A DNA stretch of 64,000 nucleotides from Chiloscyllium plagiosum (lineage: Eukaryota). The translations under genes and the position numbers were made by a program. The notes below the pieces were generated by a model. The model saw only the letters and a program-made list of their open reading frames with translations. It was not told where the DNA came from and ran no database searches. The DNA is taken from assembly GCF_004010195.1 (NCBI RefSeq), contig NC_057730.1:22945258-23009257 (forward strand), given 5' to 3'. Shown in pieces: positions 35,001 through 48,490 of this stretch (position 1 is the stretch's first letter; each line of letters opens with the position of its first letter).

Positions 35001-36950
35001 CAGACTGCAGCGCTGTAATTCTATGTAATTTGACCAACAAGTGTCTGACAAAGTAAGCCTTCTCGGCTGCCTTCAAGCATGCTTCAAGGAGACATTGCTG
35101 CTCACCCTTCTGCTTCCTACTGGAGGAATAGGAAATAATTAACCCCCAGCATTGTCTTTGACAGTTTCCCAGAGGTTGGATGAACTACCAACCGAGCCTA
35201 TGTTGATGGCTAGGAACACCCGACATTCCTTAGAGAAATACTCTTTAAAGACTTATTAACCTTGAGGATAAAGGGATCCATTTGCCATTGCCTCGAACCC
35301 ATTGCAATGTCCTTAATCTTAACTATAAAGTATACTGGAGCACGATCAGAGATGGTAATATTACCAATCGTACAAGATGCCACCAAATCTGGGTTTACTG
35401 CAGGGATCAGAAAAGAAATCAATCCTAGTGTAACATTTGTGCGAATTGGAGAAAAATGTAAAATCTCTGCCTGTAGGGTGGAGATGCCTCCGATGCCCAC
35501 CAACCCTACCTCCCCACACATCCATTAACTGTTTAGTTTGTACAGAGGGTATCGCGGAACCTTTGGGCAACCTATCTACTGTGGGATCCATGCGACAGTT
35601 AAAATCTTCCCCCTATAATGTGCCAGGACTCTAGACGTTTCAGTTTAGAAAAAGCATCTACCAAAAGTTTAAGGGGATGAGCTGGAGGGCAATAAAAACT
35701 TAAAACACTATATTCTTCCCCATTTATCAAGGCTTTAAGAATTGCAGACCTCCCGTGTGTGTCTTTAACACACTCTAGCAACTTAAATGGGAGATTTTTC
35801 CTAACCAATATAGCCACTCCTCTACTTCTGGTATTAAATGATGAAAACTAAATTCGGTCAAAGCCATTCTGCTGTAATTTTAGATGTTCCTTGTCATTCA
35901 AGTGTGTCGCTGAGAACAAAGCAATATCCACCTTCTCCTTTCTAAGACTCAAGAGTACCTTCTTCCTTTTAATTGGTGAGTGACTTCCCTTGATATTCCA
36001 AGTCCACCATTTAATCAAGTCATTAGCCATAACTTTCTGCAATAACATTTCATTTAAGGCCTTCGGATCCTTCTCCTGGACTCTGGAAGCCTCCATGGCA
36101 CTCTCCTTATCCCTGGTAATGATGGAACTGCACCAGGAGAGGATGAGAACTTTGACCTAGACCCAATCTCCATGCTGCGGCCCAGTGAGCCCTCTATCTT
36201 CAACCCCCTCATGCCAGCCTCCATGTCAAGGAATTTTGGCAGCAAATGTGGGCGGCACGGTGGTACAGTAGTTCGCACTGCTCCCTCACAGCGCTAGAGA
36301 CCCAGGTTCAATTCCCGCCTCAGGCGACTGACTGTGTGGAGTTTGCACGTTCTCCCCATGTCTGCGTGGGTTTCCTCCGGGTGCTCCGGTTTCCTCCCAC
36401 AGTCCAAAGATGTGCAGGTCAGGTGTGTTGGCCACGCTAAATTGCCCGTAGTGTTAGGTAAGGGGTAAATGTAGGGGTATGGGTGGGTTGCGCTTCGGCG
36501 GGGCGGTGTGGACTTGTTGGGCCGAAGGGCCTGTTTCCACACTGTAAGTAATCTAATCTTTAAAAAAAAATCCTCAACAAATTTCACAGTCTACTCACCT
36601 TCCTTACCCTCAGGCAGACCTATGATCCAAATGTTTTTTTTTCTACTGACCTGCTCTCAAGATCATTCACTTGGTTGCGCAAATTACAGATCTGCGTCTC
36701 CAGGGCTTGGATCCTACCCTTGGATGAACTGGCATCAGCTTCCACCACTGTGACCTTGTGCTCCACCTCATCCATCCTCTTCACTAGGTGCTCGCTTCTG
36801 CAGTATGAGAGCGAATGGAGCTAGCTTCTCTTCAATCTGTTTCCCCAGCATCTCTCAAGATTCATTCACCAGGGCCTGGAAAATAATCAACTCCAAGGAC
36901 ACTGCAGGCTGAGCCGCAGGCCCAACCTCTGATGCTCCTCCTCCCTTTTT
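32045..36950 (-). mobile_element. Decayed L1-clade LINE (ORF1 remnant plus frameshifted ORF2)
   Basis: APE start MANDLIKWWTWNIKG (ATG ~36030); RT motifs RQDCPLSPLLFALVIEPLA and YADD; C-terminal CPKC...THCLWSC; ORF1-like IIGLPEGKEG; AATAAA and A-rich 3' end at ~32045-32056. 5' boundary approximate. Confidence 0.88.
36248..36570 (+). mobile_element. tRNA-derived SINE (HE1-like), young, inserted into L1 ORF1
   Basis: A-box-like GTGGTACAGTAG and B-box GGTTCAATTCC (~36305). The 3' tail GGGCCGAAGGGCCTGTTTCCACACTGT resembles the CR1 3' end. Confidence 0.88.
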
Positions 36951-38819
36951 CGGTATCTCTGGATGACTGGAAACGTAGGTGTGTTATCTTTTTACAAGTT
37001 TCTTGGGACACCATGATCTTTCCGGAGTCCCAAGATATCGTGATAGTCATCGATAAATAAGAAGGATTTATGTAGACTGATGAGTGATGGTCAGACATTG
37101 GTTCGTGCTGATGAATTGAGTAAAGAACATTGCATGATGTGATGCTTAAAAGGTTTAATGGAGCCTTCTTTCACTTGCCTTTCATGTGTTCCGTTTCTTT
37201 TTCCTCCCTCCACCCATTGTGGAGGAGTGACCAGGCAGAATATTGTTCATTTCTCCAGAACCATTACGGATGACAATTTTGAGAACAAGTGATGTTTACA
37301 AGTTCATGCAATTCAAAAGGAACTTGCATGGTATTTTTGATGCTTTAACAAGGTTATAAAAAGCCATTTGTCCAGTTTACAGCATAGGAGTCTGATTTAT
37401 CTGTTCAATCAGTTCTGCTGTAACATGGTAGTTCCATTCTCATGCAATCCTGTGTTACAAGAAAATTGTAATAGCAGCAGCATTGAAACTAATGGGGCCA
37501 GAATCTCATTCTAACCGATACATGCTTTAAAAATTTGAACTTTAGAAACAGTGTGCCCAATTCGTCAATCTTGCTATTGTGAATTCATGTTAATAAAACA
37601 TGCATTATAGCAGAATGACCTATACTGAAATATGAATTGACCTGTTAATTGATTCCAAACTGTTTCAGCTCTGTACTATAATGTATACCAAGACTGATCA
37701 AGTTTAATATAGGTGTAATGATCAGAGATTAAAGCTTCACGTAGAAGACAGCATATTGTTCAGCTGTGAGCAGTGTTCTAGGAACTCGGTTCAAGTCCTC
37801 CCACAATGACCTACTGTATAAAAACTGCAGTGCTTAAGGGTTGACCTGCTCATTGGTGTTACTATTTCCACAACTAATCATTGGATTATACACTCTGCCT
37901 ACTTCAGAGTGCACATCCATTATATCTTTGTATCTCTTTGACTGGCCAAATGCATTTGGATATAGCCAGCACACTCTGCAACATTTGCCATTAATGTTAG
38001 AAAGAGTTTTCATACATGGCAACAATGAAGAAGTTTTATTGAAAAAATTTCAGTAATTTGTGCCAGGGTTTGGTATAATAGAGATCATTTCAAAGCAGGG
38101 TGGTTATTACACAATGTGATTGAAACTTGTTAGCGTTTTCTTTAGGTTTTTCTGTTTGTCACCTTGTCAATGAGGCACCAAGCCAAAATCCATTTTAACT
38201 CTACTACACAGGGGTACATGAGGCAGTTGGGACGATTGGGGTCAGAATTGCTTCCCTGCCCACAGAGGGCCAGTGAATATAATTCTTAATTCATCTCTGC
38301 ATTGTGACTCGAGTTTACTTGAACTACAGTTTAAAAAAAAAGTGAAATTGTACATGGATGGAATCATTTCAACATTAATATTACTATTCCAATACACTAA
38401 AAGGAAAATTCACGTGACTAATTAAAACATGTCAGAACAAATTACAAGGGAGTTAGTGGTTTCAAACCAGTAGTGACAACAGGGACCTTTAATTGCCCAA
38501 ATAAATTTTAGATTATTAATAGAGTAAATAGCTGAGGTTGGGAATGATCAAGTGTGCACAAGAGAATCTTCTGCATCTCCTTCCTTCCTTAGACCAGATA
38601 GATGATATTGAATATGGTTTTAGGGAATGAGATGAATAAAGTGTCAATAAGGAATATTGGGAATACACATCCTATAGTTATGGACTGTGTAGAAGTGAAA
38701 GGTTTTGAACTACTTGGGCATTTTCCAAGGTTTGAAAAATTTTCTACTAAAGAGTTTGAGGGGAAACCTATGAACTTAGAAATTAGTTCCAACAGTTAAA
38801 TACAGGCTGAAATCAGTTA

Positions 38820-39927
38820 GTCATTCGACAAGGTTCCTCATGGGAGACTGGTTAGCAAGGTTAGATCACGTGGAATAAAGGGAGAACTAGTCATTTGGAG
38901 ACAGAACTGGCTCAAAGGTAGAAGACAGAAGGTGGTGGTGGTGGAGGGTTGCTTCTCAGACTGGAGGTCTGTGACCAGCAGTGTTCCACAAGGATCTGTG
39001 CTGGGTCTGCTACTCTTTGTCATTTATACAAATGATTTGGATGTGAACCACACTTAAGTTTGCAGATGACTCCAAAATTGGAGGCGCAGTGGACAGCGAA
39101 GAGGGTTACCTCTGATTACAATGGGATCTTGATCAGATGGGCCAATGGACTGAGAAGTGGCAGATGGAGTTTAATTCAGATAAATGGGAGGTGCTGCATT
39201 TTGGAAAAGCAAATCTTAGCAGGTCTTATACACTTAATGGTAAGTTCCTGGTGAGTGTTGCTGAACAAAGAGAGCTTGAGTGTGGGTAGAAAGGATAGTG
39301 AAGAAGGTGTTTTGGTATGCTTTCCTTCATTGGTCAGAGTATTGAGTACAGGAGTTGGGAGGTCATGTTTCAGCTGTACAGGACATTGGTTAGGCCGCTG
39401 TTGGAATATTGTGTGCAATTCTGGTCATCTTCCTATCAGAGAGATGTTGTGAAACTTGAAAGGGTTCAGAAAAGACTTACAAGGATGTTGCCAGGATTGG
39501 AGGATTTGAGCTATGGGGAGAGGCTGAGCAGGCTGGGGCTGTTTTCCCTGGAGCATTGGAGGCTGAGGAGTGACCTTATTAAGGTTTATAAGATTGAGGG
39601 GTATGGATAGGATAAACAAACAAGGTCTTTTGCCTGGGGTGGGGGAGTTCAGAAGTAGAGGGCATAGGTTCAGGGTGAGGGGAAAGATATAAAAGGGACC
39701 TAAGGGGTAACATTTTCAAGTGGAAGGTGAGCTGCCAGAGGAATTGGTGGAGGCTGGTACAATTGCAGCATTTTAAAAGGCATCTACATAGGTATCCGAA
39801 TAGGAAGGGTTTAGAGGGATATGGGCCAAGTGCTGGCAAATGAGACTAGATTAGGTTAGGTTATCTGGTCAGCAAGTTGGACTGAATGGTCTGTTTCCAT
39901 GCTGTACATCTCTATGACTATGACTCT
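38820..39927 (+). mobile_element. CR1/HER1-like LINE, 5'-truncated
   Basis: [16 protein letters not shown] and QLYRTLVRPLLEYCVQFWS; tail CATCTCTATGACTATGACT. Confidence 0.92.
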
Positions 39928-41639
39928 ATTGATTTTGGAAAGTCAAATAATGGGGAAAAATAGCCCAGTAAAGCTTTTGTGGAGATGAGGCAACAAACCC
40001 CATCTCTTATTTGCTGAAAGATTTGGCATTGGAAGAAAGAGTGAGGCTATGCTAATGATACCAAAGAACCTTTTTATGGACCTGATTTTTATTTTTTTTT
40101 TGTAAATGTAGGGAGTCTAAGAAGGGAAAATTCAATTTTGTTGTTTTTCTTTTTCCTCCCTGCTGTAGAAGACTGAACAATACAGCATAGGAACTGGCCT
40201 TTTCACCTATGTATGTGCTGACCGTGATGCCATTCTAAATTAATCCCATCTGCCTGCAAATGTCTGTATCCCTCTATTTCCCCCTCACTTTCATGTTTGT
40301 CTAATATCCCACCCACTCATATTTCATCTTTAAACAATCAATGGCAGAAAGTAAAGCCAGAAAGATGTCAGTGCCCAAAGCCTACACTTACAAGGATGGC
40401 ATTAAGATGCTACCATTTCTTGTGATGGGAAAGTTAAGAAATAGCGCTTTGTGCATGTCAAGGTACTACCCATGCAGTTTGAAACTACAAAAACACTGGA
40501 CAATCTCCAGCTTTTGAGTTATGGGTCAAGAAAGTGGACGGAGAAGAGAAGGAAAATTATCACCCTGATGTGTCTGCTTGCCTGGCTGTTTCCCTAGATG
40601 AAATGATGAAGGACACCGACGTGCTCTAGAATTTTGCTTTTTGTAACATGAAAACATAGCAAAAAAACGGTTTGCTTGCATTAGTGACATTGTGGACTCG
40701 TCTGACAGCATGTTAAGGAGGAAAATAATGCTGAGTCTTTCCAAGGCTAATGCAGTAACTTTTCCATGCTTGTTCCAGTACAGGGTCAGTTTACCGTAAA
40801 GTAAGCAAATTGAGAAGTAAGACTTTTCATATCTCTTTCTTTTGACGTCTACCACGTTTATCGGCAAATTGGGTAACATAGGGCTTCCTTGAGACCCAAC
40901 TAACACTAATTTGTGGGTGGGATCTCCTCCCATTGTGATTTTACTGTATTTATGGAAAACAACAAAGCAATCCAAAAATTAGCATGCAAGTCAGTAATTA
41001 AACAATGGGCTTTTTTTTTGAGTTGTTGGATTTGCAGTGGTGTTCCCATTCAGTAGAAATATAGGAGAAAACTAAAGGCAACAACAAACTGTAGAAGTTA
41101 TGTATGACAAATGTCAGGTGGATGATGTAGGTGAAAATTATACTGAATTTAGAAAGTGCCCCTCTGAAGTTAAAAGAAAATAGTGGAGAGAAATAAAATC
41201 TGCTGCAGATATACAGCCAATCTCACATCAGCAGACAGACAAACTACTTCTGACTTCTGGCATGACTTCTGTTCCGAATCATTCTGAAGAACTGAAGTGT
41301 TCTATCTTACACAACATATTAGATCCTTTTCCTCTCTGCAGATGCTGTCAGACTTGGTGTCTTCTTTTAGCTATGTTCCAGACTTCCAGCTTCTGCACGA
41401 CTTTGCTTTCATCAGAGTGAGAGGAGACTGGTAATTATTGTGAAAGAGAGCCCAGAAGTCTTTTAAATAATGCAAATTTTAAAGAAAGAAGTGGATCTGA
41501 TTTTTTTTTTGGTTGAAAGAGTTTAGGTGTCGGGATTAAATTGCATCTGTTTCCCACAGGGGTCACTGACAAAATCTTAGAAACCTGGGATATGTTAAAA
41601 ATTTGTAGAGTAGCTATTACAAAGGCTGGCTTACTTTTA

Positions 41640-44215
41640 AATCGGCAGAACCCAGAGGAGATATGAGGATTTGGAAGGAAGTAAAGGTGGAACTTAGAAG
41701 CATTGGCCAAAATCTTAAAACCCTTCTCTGAATACATATTGCAGGCGACATGGAGAGCTGTTATCTTTGCATATAATAGGTGGGAGGATAAACCCAGCAA
41801 TTGTAGGCCAGACAGTTTATCTTCTGAGAAAGCTTTTAGATGTAATAAGGCAAGACAAAATTAATAGTTAGCAAGTCCATGTGGTTTGAGGAAAGGCAGC
41901 ATGGATTTGAGGGCAAATTGTCTTTAAGTTGGCCTTAGTTTTTCAGTGTTCAATGTAAAGTGATATGATTGTGGTGGACATGGACTTCTGTAAGGTGTTT
42001 AAGGACTAAACAACTGTCTTCTAAGCAAAGTTGAAGCCAATGGAATCAAACTAGTTGGCACGTGTTAGGTTGGCTACATTTTTAGTGAACAGCTATTTGG
42101 ACTCGAAGAGGGTTTCAAGGAGCTGGTGTTTGGGCCTCTGCTCTTTTGATCTAAACAATAGCTTAGACCTAGATGTGTAGAATGCCATTTCCAAGGTGAT
42201 ACAGAAGATGCAAAATTTAAATATTGTGAACTGCAGAAGATTGGGAAAACTACAATACGGACATGTTGGTGGAAGGTGCAGACAAGTAGTAACTGAAATT
42301 TTAATGCAGAGAAGTATGAATTAATAATTCTTTAAGAATGAAGAAGCTTTTTTTAAGTGCATGGGAAAAGGGTTTGAAAATAGTCATTGTGGTGGACAGC
42401 ATGGAAACTCCCTTCAGTCGAACTCGATCTGCGCTGACCAGCTATTCTCAATTAATCTAATCCCATTTGGCAGCATTTTATCCAAATGCCCTTCAACACT
42501 TACTATTCATTCGTGCACCCATCCCGATGTCTGTCTTTTAAATGTTGTAATTGTACCAGTCTCCACCACTTCCTGTGGCAGCTCATTCTACGTGCACTGT
42601 ACTCTGCATGAAAAAGTTGCCCCTTAGGTCCCTTTTTAAAATGGTTTCCCCCCCCCCCACAAACCTCAGTGCGCTCGTGCTGGGCTCCCCGACTCTGGCT
42701 ATTCACCCTATCCATGTCCCTGATGACCTTAAAACCTTTTCTATAAGGTCACTCTTGGCCTTTGGCACTGCAGGGAAAATAGCCCCAGCCTATTCAACCT
42801 CTCCCTATAGCTCAAATCCTCCAAGCCTGGCAATATCCTTGTAAATCTTTTCTGAACCTTTTCAAGTTTCACAACATCCTTCCGATAGGAAGGAGACCAG
42901 AAATGCACTCTATATTCCAACAGTGGCCTAACCAGCGTCCTGTACAGCTACAACATGACCTCCTATACTCGATGCACTGACCAATGAAGGCAAGCATGCC
43001 AAGTGCCATCTTCACTATACTGTCTACCTGCAAGTTCACTTTCAAGGAACTGTGAACTGCACTCCAAGGTCTTTGTTCAGCAACACTCACCAGGACCTTA
43101 CCATTAAGTGTACAAGTCCTGCCCTGATGTTTTTTCCAAAATGCAGCTCCTCAATTTATCTAAATGTAAACTCCATCTACCACTTGGCCCATTTGCCCAT
43201 CTGTCCCATCGTACTCAACGGCAGCCACTTCTCTGTCTACTATGCCACCAATTTTGGTGTCCCCTGTAAATTAGCTAACCAGAATTCCTATGTTCACATC
43301 CAAATCATTTACATTAATGACAAAAAGCAGTGGACCCAGCTCCAATCCTTGTGGTCTCAAGCCTCCAGTCTGAAAAGCAGCCCTCCACCATCACCCTCTG
43401 TCTCCATTTTTGATCCAGCTTTGTATCTAAATGGCTAGTTCCCCTGGTATTTAGTGTGTGATCTAATGATCTAACCTTGCTAACCAGACTACCATGTGGA
43501 ACCTTGAAGTCCTTACTGAAGTTCATATAGTGTCCATTGCTTTGCCTTCATCAGTCCCCTTAATTGCTACTTCAAAAACTCAATCTGAAGCATGAAAGGA
43601 CTTGGGAGTCTAGTTCAGAATCCTCTTAAATTAACTGCAGCTTCATTTTGCTTTCAGAAAGGCACATGCAATGTTAGTATATATTTTTGAGAGAGTACCA
43701 AGAGCAAGGATGTACTGCTGAGGCTGTATAAGGTTCTGGTCAAATCACATTTGGATTGTTGAACAATGTTTGGCCCCATATCTAAGGAAGGATGTGAGGG
43801 CATCGGAGGGGATTGCAAAAGAGTTGTACAAGAAAGATCTGGAGGATGAAGGGCTTGTCATGAACTATTGAGGACTTTGGGTCTGTACTTGATGAAGTTT
43901 AGAAGAAGAGGGGAAAATCTGATTGAAATAGCCAGAATGCTGAACAACCTGGTGAGAGTAGACATGAAGTTTGGAGAGATTAGGACCTGAGGCCACAGCA
44001 TTGAAGGAGCAACCCTTTAGGGCTGAGATGAGAATGATGAAGCAATGCCACAGAAGGTTGTTGAGTCCAAGTCATTGAGTGCCTTTTGATCCCCTTGCTA
44101 ATCAAGCATTATGGGAAGAAGACAGAAGAATCAGCTTGAGAAACATATCAACCATGATTGGTGCAGCACACTTAATGGAGCAGAATTGGGCTATTCAGCC
44201 TTATATCTTATGGTA
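41640..44215 (+). mobile_element. Old CR1-like LINE split by a younger antisense CR1
   Basis: The decayed RT segment ends near 42340 (FNAEK-like) and resumes near 43590 (ERDLG-like). Confidence 0.55.
42385..43585 (-). mobile_element. CR1/HER1-like LINE
   Basis: Minus-strand peptides FSK...VPHGSLVSK and [10 protein letters not shown]-like; CR1 3' tail near 42390. Confidence 0.85.
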
Positions 44216-44391
44216 TTATATGATGCTATTACTTTGTACCCAGGGTGTATTTCAGTAAGCAAGTTCATAGATTAGCTTGTTGACTATCTTGGATTTAAAA
44301 CTGAAGGCTTGAAAGGAATTATTTTACTGTTTATTAATTTATTCTGAAGAAGAGTGATATTGGACCCAACATATTAACTTTCTCCCTTAAT

Positions 44392-44578
44392 AGTTTAAAA
44401 ATACCAGGTTATAGTCAACAGTTTTTTTTGTAAGCAGTAGCTTTGAGTGCTGCTCCTTTACCACCTGATTGAAGAAAAGCAGTGCTTCCAAATACCTGTT
44501 AACCTGTTGGATTATAACCTGGTGTTGTGATTTTTAACTTTGTTCACCCCAGTCCAACACTGGCTCCTCCACATCATT
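44392..44578. mobile_element. Penelope family B decayed palindromic unit
   Basis: CCAGGTTATAGTCAACAG...CTGTTGGATTATAACCTGG followed by the family B terminal sequence. Confidence 0.65.
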
Positions 44579-46149
44579 CTTTCTCAGATATTGAGACCCA
44601 CTGTCTTCCTCTAGTACATGGTTTTTATTACAGATCTCTAGTATTGGCAATATTTTGCTTTTTAGTGTCTCATTTGTTTTTATTGCTTTGCCTTGGTTCT
44701 GAAACTACGTGGTGTAAAGCAACTGAACTAGTTTGACTGGTCTCGTATTTAAAGAAATGTGCAACTACACTCTGTTCAAAATAAACTCTTCTGAAGTCTT
44801 GTAATATTGTTTCATTGAAACAATTTAATTGTTTTCACCATTATTCTTTCTTTAAATCCAATTGACAGATTGAATTCCTAGTTTACTAAGCCCATCCCTC
44901 TGTGAAAGTAAATTTTAATTTGTACTTCATTTTGCTGGTTAGTTGCTATCAGGGTCCCTGGTGTTCAATAATGTGCAAAGTGGTAAAGACATGTTACATC
45001 TGAGCCTGCCCTAGCCCCATTAACAGCCTCACATGCTTCATCACTGGTACAAGTATTGGTGTTTGGATGTTGCTTTGGAGTATGGTGAAACCAAACCGTA
45101 TTCATAAATTCACCATTTGAGTAACTAGGATCGTTCTTCCATTTCAGGAGTATTGAAATGGGGCTAGTCTTCCCATGAAATAAACTCTGTTTGATTTGTT
45201 GAGATGGTTTTTAATAACACCGTGCTGGCAGTTCACAATGGTCTCATCAGTTCCTGCAAAAGGAAAGATATGGCCTGCAACAGAATCTGATTTTCTTAAA
45301 ATGTTGTACTGTTTCAATTTTTTTTTGTCTTCATTTCCAATGTTTGACTTTACCTCAGTACATTTTTCACAACCATTTAGTAACTTTTGAAGCATCCATC
45401 TGATTTTTTTCCACTTCGTTTTACTTCTGTTTAAATGCTCCTTAAAACCCACCTATTTGGGTAAGTATTTGATCAGATGACGTTTCAAAAATTTAATCAT
45501 GGTGTATGGGCATTTCTTCCTACACTATTTATCACCTTGGAGTAGATGGTGGTGAGCTGCTGCAGTTTTTAGGATGTAGGGACACCCACCATGCTATTAG
45601 GGAGGGTGTTCCTGGATTTTGTCTGTGACAGTGAAGGAACAGCAACATAGTTCCAAGAGGAGTGAAATTTTCAAGTGATAGCATTGCCAATGCATCTGAT
45701 GTTGATGACATCTCCTAATAGTTGCTTGGTGTCCTGTTTATAATGTTTAGGGCATTTCATTGTTTTAAAAGCACTATACAAGAACAAATTGTTTATGACT
45801 ATTCATTTGCTGTCTTAAGACTTAAGACTGTCTCCAAACTTTAAATGGGATTGCATTTGTGCCTCTGAATGCAATAGTTTTTCTTTTGAAGCCACTTTTT
45901 GAAGATTTCCTGTAGCTATGTTATTACACTGAGGTCGTACTAAGTTAGCCAGTCTTTGGAGACTGAAGCTGATCTATGCTTTCTCCTTACTGTGGATTTT
46001 ATTGTAATTTTTGCTGATGACAATTTCAATTGGATGGAGGCTGTTTTAGAGGATCATTGATCTCCATTTACTTAATCTTCAGTGTCTTATGAACTGGGTT
46101 TAGGTATGTTCATGCTGGCCTTTGCCTCTTTCTCCCTATCCTGTGGAGT

Positions 46150-47860
46150 CTCCGATGTACAGCACGGAAACAGACCTTTTGGTCCAACTCATCCATGCAA
46201 ACCACCTATTTTGTGCTAATCTTGGCCCCATCCCTCTAAACCCTTCCTCTTCATTCATCTATCCATTCAGATGCCTTTTTTAAATGTTGTAATTGTACTG
46301 GCCTACGCCACTTCGTCTGGCAGCTCTTTCCATACACTCAGCACCCACTGCGTGAGAAGGTTGCTCCTTAGGTCCCTTTTTTAAAATATTTCCCCGCTCA
46401 TCGTAAACCTATGCCCTCTGGTTCTGGACTCCCCCAGCCCAGGGATGAGACCTTGTCTATTTATCCTATCCATGCCCCTCATTTTATAAACCTCTAAGGT
46501 CACCCCTCACTCTCTGACGTGCCAGGGAAGAAAACACCCCCTGCCAGCCAATTGAGCCTCTCCCAATAACAACCAACCCTGGCAATATCCTTTGTAAGTC
46601 TTTTCTGAATCCTTTCAAGTTTCACAACATCCCCCCCCCCTATAGGAGGGAGACCAGAATTGCACACTGGTTAGGGACTTTTGGAATACAATGTCATGTA
46701 CAGCTGCAACATGACCTCCCAATTCTATACTCAATGCTCTGACCAAGAAAAGGAAAGCATACAAAATGCTGCCTTCTCTATCCTATCTAGCTGCACTCCC
46801 CAGGACCTTCCCACTAAGTGTATCAGCCCTGCCCTGCCCTGATTTTCCTTTCCAAAATGTAGCACCTCCCATTAATCTAAATTGAACTCCATCTTCCACT
46901 TCTTGGCTCATTGGCCCATCTGATCAAGATCCGATTGTAATCTGAGGTAACCTTCTTTGCTGTTCACTACACCTCCAATTTTGGTGTCATCTGCAAACTT
47001 ACTAACAACACCTGTGTTCACATCAAAATCATTTATTTAAATGACTAAAAGCAGTGGACCCAGAACCGATCCTTGTGGCACACCACTGGTCACAGGCCTC
47101 CAGCCTGAAAGGTAACTCTCCATCCCTCTGTCTTCTACCTTTTTTTTGAGCCAGTTCTATATCCAAATAGCTAGTTCTCCCTGTCTTCCATGTGATTTAA
47201 CCTTGCTAACCAGTCTTCCATGGGGAACCTTGTTGAACACCTTACTGAAGTCCATAATGATCACGTCTACTGTTCTGCCCTCGCTGATCATTTTTGTTAC
47301 TTTTTCAAAAATCTCAATCAAGATAGTCTGACATAATTCCCCACACGCACAGCCATATTGACCATCCCTAATCCGTCCTTGCATTTCCAAATACATATGC
47401 ATCCTGTCCCTCTGGATTCCTTCCAACAATTTGCCTACTACCGATGTCAGGCTCACTAATGTCTATACCTGACATATGCTTCATTTTTCTTAACTAAAAC
47501 CTCAATTTCTCTAGTCATCCAGTATTTCTTACACTTACCAGCCGTTTCCTTTCACCTTTAACAGAAATATACTGTCTCTGGGCTCTTGTTTTTTAAAGAC
47601 TTTCCATTTTCCAGCAGTCCTTTTACTTGCGAACCTCTTGCCATGGGACATTTGTCTATACAGTGAGAGAGAACATTAAGGTTCAGGAACTGGTGGTAAC
47701 ATGATAAGCCTAATGTCGTCAGTGGTGAGTCAGTGTTTCCACAATGTGACTACTAGTTGTGGCTGTAAAAACTTCCTCAACTTTTGGAAGTTCTTGCCTA
47801 CCACTGTCAAAATTAACCTTCCTCCAATTTAGATCTAGTCTATCCTTTTCCATCACTAAA
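46150..47860 (-). mobile_element. CR1/HER1-like LINE with internal deletions and a foreign insert
   Basis: Minus-strand peptide SLTSVVGKLLEGI...DFSKVFNKVPHGRL; 3' tail near 46155. Confidence 0.85.
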
Positions 47861-48279
47861 AGACTTCTGGTTGCTGGCCCTAGAATTGGCACATTCCTTT
47901 TATTCTGAGTCAGCTAGACTAAAAATTGAATTTGGTGCAGTGTGACATTTTTGGTGAGAAGTGCTCTATAGTGAGTGGCTGGGTCCACAGACTGGTCCTA
48001 TATAATAGTGGCCTAAAGCTGTTGCTCGAGCAGATGGAGCAAGGTTTGTCTGGTGTAAGCAAGCTCCAATTTTAGTAATTATAAAGTCTGATGCTGTTGT
48101 CTGGTGGTGCCATGGAACATTTATTGTTGATTGTCTATACAATGTGAGAGAGAACATAAGATTCAGGAACTGGTGGTAACATGATGAGCTTAATGTCACA
48201 ATGGTGAGTCAGTGTTTCCACAATTTGACTACGAGTTGTGACTGTAATGAGTGGTGTGCACAACAGCAAATCTAGATAA

Positions 48280-48490
48280 GCGCAGCAGGTCAGGCAGCAT
48301 CTAGGGAACAGGAGAATCGACGTTTCGGGCATTAGCCCTTCTTCAGGAATGAGGAAAAGCAGAATTCCTGAAGAAGGGCTAATGCCCGAAACGTCGATTC
48401 TCCTGTTCCCTAGATGCTGCCTGACCTGCTGCGCTTTTCCAGCAACACATTTCCATCTCTGATCTCCAGCATCTGCAGACCTCACTTTCT
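48280..48490. mobile_element. Penelope family A fold-back unit with near-perfect ~70 bp inverted arms
   Basis: Arms ~48279-48349 and ~48365-48435. TSD CAGCAAATCTAGATAA at 48264-48279 and 48491-48506. Confidence 0.9.
48364..48399 (+). ncRNA. Minimal type I hammerhead ribozyme core (family A, intact, sense to RAB11FIP3 intron 1)
   Basis: ATTC-CTGAAGA-A-GGGC-TAAT-GCCC-GAAA-CG-TC-GATT. A mirror copy lies on the minus strand at ~48315-48350. Confidence 0.65.

Noticed and set aside
40526-40975. 149-aa minus-strand ORF in RAB11FIP3 intron 1
   Set aside because: No recognisable domain, non-ATG start and no convincing splice structure.
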